DNA of 64,000 nt from Gammaproteobacteria bacterium (GTDB lineage: Bacteria > Pseudomonadota > Gammaproteobacteria > Steroidobacterales > PWYM01): NCBI GenBank assembly GCA_007693855.1, contig RECU01000063.1:472-64471 (forward strand), written 5' to 3'. Position 1 is the stretch's first letter. Every line of letters starts with the position of its first letter. The position numbers and the translations under genes are program-made. The notes beneath the pieces are model-generated. The model saw nothing but the letters and a program-made list of their open reading frames with translations, had not been told where the DNA came from and searched no databases. This document shows, piece by piece, positions 50,203-58,484 of the stretch.

Positions 50203-52134
50203 TTGTCCGAAAACCTAAGTCAGCTGACCGAAGCGCGCCAGTCGGAACTCAAGCTCCTCATTGCCAAGGGCAAGGAGCAGGGCTACCTGACCTACGCAGA
50301 GGTCAACGACCACCTGCCCAACGATATCGTCGATCCGGAACAGATCGAGGACATCGTGAACATGATCAACGACATGGGCATCACGGTGCACGAAAAGGCG
50401 CCGGATGCCGAGGAACTGCTGCTCTCCGATGCGGCGGTCTCCAGCGACGATGACGCCGCCGAGGAAGCCGCAGCAGCGCTCGCCACCGTCGACAGCGAGT
50501 TCGGCCGCACCACCGATCCGGTGCGCATGTATATGCGCGAGATGGGCTCGGTGGAACTGCTCACCCGCGAAGGCGAGATCCGGATTGCCAAGCGCATCGA
50601 GGAAGGGCTGGATCAGGTCCGGGTGGCGCTGTCGCACTTCCCAGGCACCATCAATACCTTGCTGAGCGCCTATGAGGGCGTGCGAAGCGGCGAGACCCGC
50701 CTGCAGGATCTGGTCACCGGCATCATCGACCCGAATGCGCCCGACGAGATCGCCTCGCCGAACACCCCGAAGAACGATGATGAGGCCTCTGGCAAGGGTC
50801 CCAAGGCCGACAAGGACAAGAAAGACGCGGGCAAGAAAGGCGCCAAGGGCAAGGCCGCCAGCGACGATGACGACGACGACGATGACGACGACGCCGACAG
50901 CGACGAACCGGTCGATACCGGCGCCGACCCGGTGGAAACCGAAACGCGCATGGTGGCGCTGGCCGCAGACCTCAAGAAGCTGGTCAACGCACTGAACCGC
51001 CATGGCATGCGTCATGCGTCCACGCGCAAGGCGCGCGAGGCCGTCACCGCCACGTTCATGGAGTTCAAGCTGGCGCCCAAGCTGTTCGAGCTGATGGTGC
51101 ATGACCTGCGCGAGACCGTCGGCCAGGTCCGCAGCCTCGAGCGTGAGGTGATGGCCATCTGCGTGCGCGATGCCGGCATGCCGCGCAAGGACTTCATCAA
51201 CAGCTTCCCGAAAAACGAGACCAACCTCGAGTGGGTCGAGAAGCACATCCGGGCCAAGCGCAAGCATTCCTCCCAGCTCGGCAAGCTGAAAGACGAAATC
51301 ATCCGTCGCCAGAAGAAGCTCGCCAAACTGGAGACCGAGGCTCACCTGTCGATCGCCGAGATCAAGGAGATCAACCGGCAGATGTCGATCGGCGAGGCCA
51401 AGGCGCGCCGCGCCAAGAAGGAAATGGTCGAGGCCAACCTGCGCCTGGTGATCTCCATCGCCAAGAAATACACCAACCGCGGGCTGCAGTTCCTGGACCT
51501 CATCCAGGAGGGCAACATCGGTCTGATGAAGGCGGTGGACAAGTTCGAATACCGGCGGGGCTACAAGTTCTCGACCTATGCGACCTGGTGGATCCGCCAG
51601 GCCATCACGCGTTCGATTGCCGACCAGGCCCGCACCATTCGTATCCCGGTGCACATGATCGAGACCATCAACAAGCTCAATCGCATCAGCCGCCAGATGC
51701 TCCAGGAGATGGGCCGCGAGCCCACGCCCGAGGAGCTGGCCGAGCGCATGGACATGCCCGAGGACAAGGTGCGCAAGGTCCTGAAGATCGCCAAGGAGCC
51801 GATCTCCATGGAGACGCCCATCGGGGACGACGAAGACTCGCACCTCGGCGATTTCATCGAAGACACCACAGCCGCCTCGCCGATCGATGCGGCGACGGTC
51901 GAGGGCCTGCGCGAGACCACCCACTCGGTACTCGCCGGCCTGACGCCGCGCGAGGCCAAGGTGCTGCGCATGCGCTTCGGCATCGACATGAACACCGACC
52001 ACACCCTCGAGGAGGTCGGCAAACAGTTCGATGTCACCCGTGAGCGTATCCGTCAGATAGAGGCGAAGGCGCTGCGCAAGCTGCGTCACCCCTCGCGGTC
52101 TGACCAGCTTCGCAGTTTCCTGATCGACGACTGA
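50203..52134 (+). CDS. rpoD: RNA polymerase sigma factor RpoD (sigma70)
   Basis: (M)[38 protein letters not shown].. matches region 1.1, and [12 protein letters not shown] lies in region 2. The likely start is TTG 50203, 8 nt after GGGAGG. No in-frame ATG is available. Confidence 0.95.
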   Translation: MSENLSQLTEARQSELKLLIAKGKEQGYLTYAEVNDHLPNDIVDPEQIEDIVNMINDMGITVHEKAPDAEELLLSDAAVSSDDDAAEEAAAALATVDSEFGRTTDPVRMYMREMGSVELLTREGEIRIAKRIEEGLDQVRVALSHFPGTINTLLSAYEGVRSGETRLQDLVTGIIDPNAPDEIASPNTPKNDDEASGKGPKADKDKKDAGKKGAKGKAASDDDDDDDDDDADSDEPVDTGADPVETETRMVALAADLKKLVNALNRHGMRHASTRKAREAVTATFMEFKLAPKLFELMVHDLRETVGQVRSLEREVMAICVRDAGMPRKDFINSFPKNETNLEWVEKHIRAKRKHSSQLGKLKDEIIRRQKKLAKLETEAHLSIAEIKEINRQMSIGEAKARRAKKEMVEANLRLVISIAKKYTNRGLQFLDLIQEGNIGLMKAVDKFEYRRGYKFSTYATWWIRQAITRSIADQARTIRIPVHMIETINKLNRISRQMLQEMGREPTPEELAERMDMPEDKVRKVLKIAKEPISMETPIGDDEDSHLGDFIEDTTAASPIDAATVEGLRETTHSVLAGLTPREAKVLRMRFGIDMNTDHTLEEVGKQFDVTRERIRQIEAKALRKLRHPSRSDQLRSFLIDD

Positions 52135-52144
52135 GGCCACGGCA

Positions 52145-52170
52145 GGCGCTGTGACCGGCATCACGGCGCC
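52145..52170 (+). terminator. 10-bp hairpin (one G.U pair) 10 nt after the rpoD stop; weak U tail
   Basis: ggcgctgtga-ccggca-tcacggcgcc is read directly from the sequence. Terminator function is inferred from position. Confidence 0.35.
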
Positions 52171-52242
52171 GCTTCCCTGCTCTGCTAGCGTGGCGGGTGC
52201 GCGTGGCGACTTCCCGCCCCGCGAGCAGCGCGGAGCAGCACC

Positions 52243-53559
52243 GTGGCCATGGCCGTCAATCTTCAATCCACCGTCGCAGCGCCGGCCTCGGTCAGCGCTC
52301 CCGATCGCCTGCGCGTCCTCATCGCTGCCGGTGACCAGACCCTGCGCGCCACCCTGTCACGCTACATCATGCGTGAATGGCCGGCGGCCACCATCACCGC
52401 CTGCAACGATTCGGGGCCGATGCTCGCGCGCAAACTCCATGCCCTGCACGGCTACGACCTGATCCTCACCGGCTGCGATTTCGCCTCCAACAGCCGGCTG
52501 TGGGATGACGGTGGGCTGCGCTGGCTGGAACAGATCCGCGATGGCGGGCTGCACCCGCCGATCGTGATCGTGGCCGACTGCGGCAGCGAGTACACGGCCG
52601 TGCAGACCATGGCGGCGGGGGCTGCCGACTACCTGCCACAGGAACTGCTCAGCCGCGAACTGCTGATCGGCAGGATCCAGCGGCTGCTGGGCGACCCGAA
52701 CTCGGGCGCCACCGAGCTCACCCGCAAGGCCAGGCGGACTGCCGCCCACATGGGTGTGCGCCCGTACGGCTACGAACTGCTGGACTGCCTGGATTACAGT
52801 GGACGCCGCGCCGTGTTCCTGGCCCGCAGCCGCGAGCTCGAGCGCCAGGTCGTGCTGAAGACGCTCTGCGCCGAGGAAGGCGCGCTTACCCTGGATCCGG
52901 AATACCAGCGCTTCGCCCGCGAGTTCAATCTGATCTCGTATTTCAATCATCCCGCGGTCGCCGGGATCTTCGAGTTCAAGGCGAATCGGCACCACTGCTA
53001 CATCGCCATGGAGTATTTCCCGCGCGGCGACCTGCGCCAGCACATGCGTCGGGGGCTCGGTGCGGAGGCAGGCCTGCAGCTTTTCGGCGCGCTGCTCGAC
53101 GCGCTGCAGCTGGTCCATGAGGCCGGCATCGTGCACCGTGACATCAAGCCCTCTAACGTGATGCTGCGGGATAAGGATCGCGTGGCGCTCATCGACTTCG
53201 GCCTGGCTCGACAGGTCAGCGACTTCGTCAACCTCACCATCGCGGGCGAAGTCCACGGCACCCCCTATTACATGAGCCCGGAACAGGCCGAGGGCAACGA
53301 GACCGACGAGCGCAGCGATCTCTACAGCTGCGGCATCCTGCTGTTCGAGCTGCTCACCGGCGAGAAGCCGTTCCGCGCCGCCAACGTGCCGGCGATTCTC
53401 GATCAGCATGTGCACGCACCGGTCCCGGAGTTGCCAGCCCCGTGGCGGCCACTGCAGCCGGTGCTCGCGCGGCTGCTGGAAAAAGCCCCCAAGGCGCGCT
53501 ACCAGGACGTGGCCAGCGTGCGCAGTGACCTGCGCAAGGCGCTCGCCGAACTGCGCTGA
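52243..53559 (+). CDS. receiver-like (degenerate REC) domain fused to a Hanks-type Ser/Thr protein kinase
   Basis: Residues ~23-148 have a CheY-like beta/alpha pattern (LRVLIAAGD.., YDLILTGCDF, PPIVIVADCG, AGAADYLPQ). Residues ~175-430 carry VVLK, HRDIKPSNVML, DFGLAR and GTPYYMSPEQ. Start is GTG 52243 or ATG 52249. Confidence 0.8.
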   Translation: MAMAVNLQSTVAAPASVSAPDRLRVLIAAGDQTLRATLSRYIMREWPAATITACNDSGPMLARKLHALHGYDLILTGCDFASNSRLWDDGGLRWLEQIRDGGLHPPIVIVADCGSEYTAVQTMAAGAADYLPQELLSRELLIGRIQRLLGDPNSGATELTRKARRTAAHMGVRPYGYELLDCLDYSGRRAVFLARSRELERQVVLKTLCAEEGALTLDPEYQRFAREFNLISYFNHPAVAGIFEFKANRHHCYIAMEYFPRGDLRQHMRRGLGAEAGLQLFGALLDALQLVHEAGIVHRDIKPSNVMLRDKDRVALIDFGLARQVSDFVNLTIAGEVHGTPYYMSPEQAEGNETDERSDLYSCGILLFELLTGEKPFRAANVPAILDQHVHAPVPELPAPWRPLQPVLARLLEKAPKARYQDVASVRSDLRKALAELR

Positions 53560-53562
53560 CCC

Positions 53563-54573
53563 TCAGCGCTCGATGATGGGCAGCAAGGCGCCGTCGGCGC
53601 CCCGGCGCGGCAGCACGAACTCGTCCAGCAGGGCTTGCCGGACCTCTTCGTTTTCGGCCTGCACGAGCCGCCGGACAGCCCAGGGATCGAGGTGCGCGGC
53701 GAAGCCGGCGATGAAGTCGTACATGAAATCCCGCAGCACGGTCTCCGGACGGAAACCGATCCAGGTCGTCACCCGCGGGAACAGGCCGGCGGCGCTGAGC
53801 GCCACCAGTTCCTTGTCGGCCGGGTCGACCGCCATCGCCGCCACCACCCCCACGCCCATGCCAAGGCGCACGTAAGTCTTGATGACGTCGGCATCGCGCG
53901 CAGTGAACACCACCTCCGGCGTCAGCCCCTGACGCTCGAAGGCGCTGCGAAACGACGACTCGCCACGCTCGGAGAAGACGTAGGTCACCAGCGGATACTC
54001 GGCGAGATCCTGCAGCGTCGCGGGCCGCTCGAGCCGGGTCAGCGGATGGTCCGCCGGCACCAGGATCACCCGGTCCCAGCGATAGCAGGGCAGGCGCAGG
54101 AGGTTGGGGAACAGTTCATCGCCACCGGTGGCGATCACGAACTCCACGCGCTTGGCCTCGACCATGTCGGCGAGCTGCTCCGAGGTCCCCTGGTGCAGGC
54201 TGAGCGAGACGTCGGGGTAGTCCGCCCGGAACTTGGCGATGGCCCGCGGCAGCACGTAGCGGGCCTGGGTGTGCGTGGTGCCGATGGACAGCAGGCCGCG
54301 GTTGTCCTTGTTGATGTTCTGGGCGATGCGCCGGATGTTCTCGGCCTCGCGCAGGATGACCGCGGCGCGCTCGATCACCTCCCGGCCCTCCACCGTGATC
54401 TCGGTCAGGCTCTTGCCGCGGCGGATGAACAGCTTCAGGCCCAGCTCGTCCTCGAGCTGGCGGATCTGCTTGCTGACCGCCGGCTGGGAGGTGTGCAGCC
54501 GCTCGGCGGCGGCCGTGATGTTCAGGCCGTTCTCGGCGACCGCCAGGACATAGCGCAGCTGCTGCAGTTTCAT
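53563..54573 (-). CDS. cysB: CysB-family LysR-type transcriptional regulator
   Basis: MKLQQLRYVLAVAENGLNITAAAERLHTSQPAVSKQIRQLEDELG.. closely parallels the CysB/Cbl N-terminus. About 336 aa. Confidence 0.75.
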   Translation of the reverse strand: MKLQQLRYVLAVAENGLNITAAAERLHTSQPAVSKQIRQLEDELGLKLFIRRGKSLTEITVEGREVIERAAVILREAENIRRIAQNINKDNRGLLSIGTTHTQARYVLPRAIAKFRADYPDVSLSLHQGTSEQLADMVEAKRVEFVIATGGDELFPNLLRLPCYRWDRVILVPADHPLTRLERPATLQDLAEYPLVTYVFSERGESSFRSAFERQGLTPEVVFTARDADVIKTYVRLGMGVGVVAAMAVDPADKELVALSAAGLFPRVTTWIGFRPETVLRDFMYDFIAGFAAHLDPWAVRRLVQAENEEVRQALLDEFVLPRRGADGALLPIIER

Positions 54574-54654
54574 ACGCGAATTATCCGCCGTTGCGCGGCC
54601 GGGCGCCACGCGGCCGTGCCTGCTGGACCAATACGCGGCCCGAGCACACCTGGC

Positions 54655-55797
54655 TCAGCGCTGCAGGATGGCCACTGCGCTGACCCCGGGCGCGCCATAG
54701 ACATGTGAGTAGCCGACCCGCGGGCGCCCCGGCACCTGCCGCGGCCCCGCCGCGCCGCGCAGCTGCAGGACGTTCTCATAGACCTGGCGCAGGCCCGAGG
54801 CGCCGATCGGCTCGCCGTTGGCCAGGCAGCCGCCGTCGGTATTCACCGGCAGGCGACCCCCGATCTCGGTCTCGCCCTCGCGCAGCATGCGCGCCTGCTC
54901 GCCATCGGCACAGAAGCCATTCTCGGCCATGTGCATGATTTCGGCGCCGGACTCGGTGTCCTGCAGCTGGGCGATGTCGATGTCCTCCGGGCCCAGGCCC
55001 GCCGCCTCGAAGGCTGCACGCGAGGCGGTCACCGACGGGCTTGGTGCCTGTTCGAGCGCCTGACAGGGGCTGAACACCTCGAAGGAGCCGAAGTGACGGG
55101 TGCGCATGCTCACGGCCTTGACGTAAATCGGCGTACGCCCCAGCCGGCGCACCAGATCACCCCGGCAGAGTACCAGCGCCACGGCGCCCTCACTCGGCGA
55201 GCAGAACATGTACTTGCGCAGCGGGTGGCTGACCATCGGGGAGCTGGCGATCTCCTCATAGGACACCGGCCGACGGCGCCAGGCGTAAGGGTTGTGCTCG
55301 GCGTTGCGGAAGGCCTTCTCGGCCACCCGGATCAGCGCATCCTCGGTGAGACCATGATCGTGCATGTACTTCTGGATCTTCATGGCGAAGAACTGGGTGG
55401 TCAGCGCGAGTCCCACCTCGCCGTACCACTGGCCCAGGCCCCAGTCGGCCGGATTGACCTCGAAAGCCCCCCGCGGATGCTTGTCGAAGCCCACCGCCAT
55501 GGCGATGTCGTGCTCGCCGGAGCGGATCGCGGCTACCGCCGCCGCCAGTGCGCTGCCCCCGGTGGCGCAGCCGTTGGCCACGTTGATGAACGACAGCCCC
55601 GTCAGCCCCAGACGATTGACCATGGTGTCGGCATTGCCGGCGCTGGTGCTGCCGCCGAAGGCGCACTGGATATCGCGCCACTGCAGGCTGGCGTCCGCCA
55701 GCGCCTCGCGGGCGGCGTGGACGCCCTGCTCCAGCCCGGACACCCCCTCGGTCCGTCCAAAGGGGTGGATGCCGATGCCGATGATTGCCACGTCCAT
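54655..55797 (-). CDS. thiolase-superfamily protein (SCP-x/lipid-transfer-type, non-acetoacetyl-CoA thiolase)
   Basis: MDVAIIGIGIHPFGR.. with thiolase N- and C-terminal domain patterns. It pairs with the upstream DUF35 gene, 1 nt apart. Confidence 0.8.
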   Translation of the reverse strand: MDVAIIGIGIHPFGRTEGVSGLEQGVHAAREALADASLQWRDIQCAFGGSTSAGNADTMVNRLGLTGLSFINVANGCATGGSALAAAVAAIRSGEHDIAMAVGFDKHPRGAFEVNPADWGLGQWYGEVGLALTTQFFAMKIQKYMHDHGLTEDALIRVAEKAFRNAEHNPYAWRRRPVSYEEIASSPMVSHPLRKYMFCSPSEGAVALVLCRGDLVRRLGRTPIYVKAVSMRTRHFGSFEVFSPCQALEQAPSPSVTASRAAFEAAGLGPEDIDIAQLQDTESGAEIMHMAENGFCADGEQARMLREGETEIGGRLPVNTDGGCLANGEPIGASGLRQVYENVLQLRGAAGPRQVPGRPRVGYSHVYGAPGVSAVAILQR

Positions 55798-55798
55798 G

Positions 55799-56245
55799 TC
55801 AGCCCTCCTCGCCATCTGCAGCCAGCGGACGGAAGGCGAAGGTCACCACTTCCCGGCCTGCCGCGTCGGTGGTCAGCGGCACAAACGTCAGTTCCATCTC
55901 CATGCCGATCGCCAGCTGTGCGGGATCAGCCACCGTCAGCGGGGCCTCCACGCGGGTCTCGCCGGGCAGCTCCACGTAGCCCACACCGTAGGGGCGGAAG
56001 CGGTCGGGCGTGGCCGGGCCGGCATACGGCAGCTTGGGCGGAAACGACTGGATGGTCCAGGTCCACAGCCGCCCGCGCGTGCCCAGCCTGCGCTGCGCGA
56101 CCCGGTCGCTGCAGCAGGCGGGGCAACTGGTCTGCGCCGGGAAGACAATGGTGCCGCAGTCGTGGCATTCGCTGCCCAGCAGCCTCGGCGCCTCGTCGGG
56201 CCAGGTGAACAGGGCCGGGTCGACCGGAACGCGCTCGGCGGACAT
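55799..56245 (-). CDS. Zn-ribbon/OB-fold protein (DUF35 family)
   Basis: It has a rubredoxin-like knuckle (CHDCGTIVFPAQTSCPAC) followed by an OB-fold segment. Start at MSAERVPV (ATG 56245). Confidence 0.8.
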   Translation of the reverse strand: MSAERVPVDPALFTWPDEAPRLLGSECHDCGTIVFPAQTSCPACCSDRVAQRRLGTRGRLWTWTIQSFPPKLPYAGPATPDRFRPYGVGYVELPGETRVEAPLTVADPAQLAIGMEMELTFVPLTTDAAGREVVTFAFRPLAADGEEG

Positions 56246-56388
56246 GGTGTCTTCTCCCCCCAGTGGGCCCGCGGGTGCGTGCCCGGGGGCCGGCGTGCAT
56301 GAGCCTGGCTGCAACATAGCGGGCGGCGACGCACAGAACAAGCCGCCGGATTGCGCTCTACCGAGACGCGGTAGGGGCAAGCCCTGAT

Positions 56389-56829
56389 TTACCCCCCGGC
56401 AGCACCCATGGGAGGCTCCCCCAGCAGCAGCAGGACGGCCACGTTCCATATCACGTGCAGGCCGATTGCCGGCAGCACACTGTCGTGACGATCGCGGAAC
56501 AGGCCGAACACCAGCGACGGCGCAAAGACGAGGGTGGCATGCACCGCACCGCGAAGCGGCAGATGGGCGAGCGAGAACAGCACGCTGGTCAGCAGATTGG
56601 CCAGCGTCAGCGGGCCGGCGGCCCGGGCGGCCGTGCGCCGGAGCAGCCAGGGCTGCAGCAGGCCGCGAAAGACCAGCTCCTCAAGCACCGGGTAGACCAG
56701 ACCGAACAGCAGCAGGGCCGTCCATGCAGGCCCCGCCCCGGCGCCGAACACCAGCCGGGCGCCGAACACCACCGCAATGCCCAGCACGCAGGCGGTCCAC
56801 CACCAGGGATCGCGCCACCAGGCCGTCAC
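56389..56829 (-). CDS. CPBP-family (CAAX-type) intramembrane glutamic endopeptidase, minimal 146-aa form
   Basis: All three family motifs are present: EELVFRG (EExxxR), FSLAH (FxxxH) and HVIWN (HxxxN), embedded in about four hydrophobic helices. GTG start at 56829. Confidence 0.8.
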   Translation of the reverse strand: MTAWWRDPWWWTACVLGIAVVFGARLVFGAGAGPAWTALLLFGLVYPVLEELVFRGLLQPWLLRRTAARAAGPLTLANLLTSVLFSLAHLPLRGAVHATLVFAPSLVFGLFRDRHDSVLPAIGLHVIWNVAVLLLLGEPPMGAAGG

Positions 56830-56836
56830 GACGCGC

Positions 56837-56854
56837 CTGTCACCGTTCTGTCAC
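56837..56854 (+). promoter_or_regulatory. Pho box (CTGTCAC-CGTT-CTGTCAC)
   Basis: Two identical 7-mers at 11-bp periodicity compare with the E. coli consensus CTGTCATAWAWCTGTCAY. TACGGT lies 10 nt downstream as a possible -10. The site is about 165 nt upstream of the OprO/P-type porin start. Confidence 0.55.
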
Positions 56855-57017
56855 ACGGCATTGTTACGGTCTGCACGTTGGCAAATGACAACACCGCATC
56901 CTTTCTGCAACAGCGGGCCGCGCCAGTATACGGCGGCGGCTTCAAATCGTTCCGGTTGTGCCGCTCGCGACTGGCGCAGCCCTTAGAAAAACCCACCGTA
57001 GAAGCAAGGGGTAACCC

Positions 57018-58463
57018 ATGAAAACATCGCGAACACTGGGGCTGGCGGTCGCCGCCCTGATGGGCAGCATGGCGGTCAGCGCGCCCGCGCTGGCCTCACC
57101 GGAGACCGACCGGCTGATCGAGATCCTGGTCGCCAAGGGCATCCTCACCCAGCAGGAGGCCGAGGCCATTCGTGCCGAGGTGGCCGAGCCACAGCCCTCG
57201 GCGCTGGAGACCCCGGTGCGCAGTGACGTGCAGTACGATCCGGTCGAGCCCTTCACCGATGACGAGCCGGCGATCCGCGTCCGACGCCTGGCGATCGACT
57301 CAGCCGACGGCCGCGACCGCTTCAGCATCCGTGGCCGTCTCCAGTACGACGTGGAACGGGTCGATTTCGGCAGCGACATCCAGAACGTCGCGCGCCAGGG
57401 CAACCCCTTCCCGAGCTACGGCAGCCGCTTCCGGCGCCTGCGCCTCGGTGCGCTGGGCATCATGCACAACGACTGGGAATGGCAGCTCGAAGTCGACTTC
57501 TCGGATGAGGAAGTCGGCCTGGCCAACGCCTACATCGCCTACCTGATGCCCCATGGGCGCCTGGCTTTCGGCCACTTCAAGGAGCCCTTCGGCCTGGAGT
57601 ACGCGACGAGCTCGCGGCGCATCACCTTCATGGAGCGCTCCGCCGCCTCGGATGCCTACAAGGTCAATCGCGAGCCCGGCATCATGTACGAGACGATTCA
57701 GCCGAACTGGTATGGCGCCTTCGGCGTTTTCGGTGGCGGCACTGCCTTTAACCGTGACGTCGAAGAGGGCTGGGCGCTGTCCGGGCGCCTGACCGGCGCG
57801 CCGTATCTGGACGGCAACAACTACGTGCACATCGGCGCGGCGGTCAACCAGCGGCGTAATGCCGTCAACAAGGCCACCAACCTCTATGAGTCGGTGCGGT
57901 TGCGCACCCGCGAGGGCGCCCGCGCCATCGACGCGCGTCTGATCGGCCGTGACGATCTCGAAGGCGTCAGCAAGTTCACCCGCTACGGCCTGGAACTCGC
58001 CGCCGGTCGCGGCCCATGGTCGATGCAGGGCGAGTACATCTGGGTCGACATCGATCTTGACCGCGACGCGCTGGTCCGCGCGCTCGGCGCCAACGCCACA
58101 TCCGAAAGCTCCCTCACCCAGAAAGGCTGGTACGTCCAGGGGAGTTACTTCCTGACCGGTGAGCACAGCAACTATCGCGCCTTCTCGGGCGATTTCGGCC
58201 GGGTCACCCCGAACCGGAATTTCTCGCTGCGTGAGGGGGGCTGGGGTGCCTGGGAGGCGGCGGTGCGCTATTCGATGGCGGACTCACTGGAGCACACCCG
58301 GCCAGGTCGCGGGCAGAAGCTCGAGCACTGGACGGCAGGCCTCAACTGGTACCTGAACCCGGAAGTCATCTTCAAGTTCAACGTCATGTATCTCGAGGGC
58401 GAGCGCGACGTGTTCAAGGATGACGGCTGGGTGTATGGCGCCCGCTTCCAATACGAATTCTGA
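57018..58463 (+). CDS. OprO/OprP-family (phosphate-selective-type) porin
   Basis: It has a signal peptide. Family hallmarks are present: FRRLRLGALG..WEWQLEVDF..LANAYIAYL..FGHFKEPFGLEY..ITFMERS.. The C-terminus is ..GLNWYLNP..ARFQYEF. Confidence 0.85.
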   Translation: MKTSRTLGLAVAALMGSMAVSAPALASPETDRLIEILVAKGILTQQEAEAIRAEVAEPQPSALETPVRSDVQYDPVEPFTDDEPAIRVRRLAIDSADGRDRFSIRGRLQYDVERVDFGSDIQNVARQGNPFPSYGSRFRRLRLGALGIMHNDWEWQLEVDFSDEEVGLANAYIAYLMPHGRLAFGHFKEPFGLEYATSSRRITFMERSAASDAYKVNREPGIMYETIQPNWYGAFGVFGGGTAFNRDVEEGWALSGRLTGAPYLDGNNYVHIGAAVNQRRNAVNKATNLYESVRLRTREGARAIDARLIGRDDLEGVSKFTRYGLELAAGRGPWSMQGEYIWVDIDLDRDALVRALGANATSESSLTQKGWYVQGSYFLTGEHSNYRAFSGDFGRVTPNRNFSLREGGWGAWEAAVRYSMADSLEHTRPGRGQKLEHWTAGLNWYLNPEVIFKFNVMYLEGERDVFKDDGWVYGARFQYEF

Positions 58464-58484
58464 TTCAGGCGAGGACTCTTCATC

